DNA of 64,000 nt, taken from contig OZ249436.1 of assembly GCA_965235115.1 (NCBI GenBank), positions 38,068,001 through 38,132,000 of the forward strand. The letters are read 5' to 3'. The notes below the pieces were generated by a model that was not told the DNA's origin, did no database searches, and saw nothing but the letters and a program-made list of their open reading frames with translations. The DNA comes from Laetmonice hystrix. Lineage: Eukaryota. Made by a program: the position numbers and the translations under genes. Below are positions 63,431 through 64,000 of this stretch, one piece after another (within the stretch, counting starts at the first letter, position 1; every line of letters begins with the position of its first letter).

Positions 63431-64000
63431 AATCAGTCCATTTATCTGGGAAGTAAATACTGATGTTTTTCGCTCCATATGGCCTCTTTTAAGAATTGCA
63501 TCCATATGCAAAAATCCCTAAAAAGCCACAAATACCAAGTACAGGATAGCTGTTTCCGACCGATCATCTCACTGACAGCCCGACATACGGTTGAGCAAAG
63601 ATTCCGCATGAATTCTAATGTTAGGGGGCGTCACAATCGGTGGTGGCAAAAGGCACCTCCACAACACAAAACGGAGCTAAAACACTTTCGCCACATGATA
63701 TGTTTCAAAAGTGATTAGGGGTATTAATATACATGTGTGTACACGTGTCAAAAAATCTAGTGTGTGTGTGACTTTGATGAAGCAAAACAACAGCTCCATT
63801 TGGTTTACGCTCACTGTGTCACAACGTAGTAACTTGCAGTGATGGCCGATTCCTATTGCCCGGCGCGGGGCAAGTTGATTGCATGGGACCTCGGGCAAGT
63901 CCAACAGACAAAAGACAATAGCCTGATGGCTAGTGCTCTGACCCAGCATAGACTTAATAAAGAATATGGAGGGCATGTGCAGGGCATCCGCCAGAGGGGG

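Noticed and set aside
1-64000. tRNA, rRNA or snRNA genes
   Set aside because: None was recognisable by eye. Absence is not proven without tRNAscan or Infernal.

Overview
Eukaryotic, intron-rich, invertebrate-like animal genomic DNA; the species cannot be identified from the sequence alone. Four protein-coding genes were reconstructed by hand. (1) The 3' eight exons of DDX47 (+, 50-3036). (2) A complete 18-exon HID1 (+, 6671-29211, 828 aa). (3) A 19-coding-exon CEP131/AZI1 (-, 57008-42457, 1286 aa), convergent with HID1. (4) The probable first coding exon of CNOT3 (+, 62491-62515), divergent from CEP131. A decayed but structurally complete DIRS1-type tyrosine-recombinase retrotransposon (32586-37862, with ITRs and ICR) lies between HID1 and CEP131. 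The window also holds many DNA-transposon derivatives: a 2-kb foldback palindrome with a 9-bp TSD, a nested hAT/MULE/Tc1 stack in HID1 intron 1, and Harbinger-, hAT- and TTAA-flanked MITEs. The most unusual observation is a ~2.4-kb satellite in the last CEP131 intron. Its unit contains the terminal exon's own 3' splice site, giving about 18 decoy acceptors that would read RVKL-stop. Also notable are two frame-preserving candidate cassette exons (435 nt and 21 nt) in HID1 intron 13. Homology calls come from recalled family motifs; no database searches were run.
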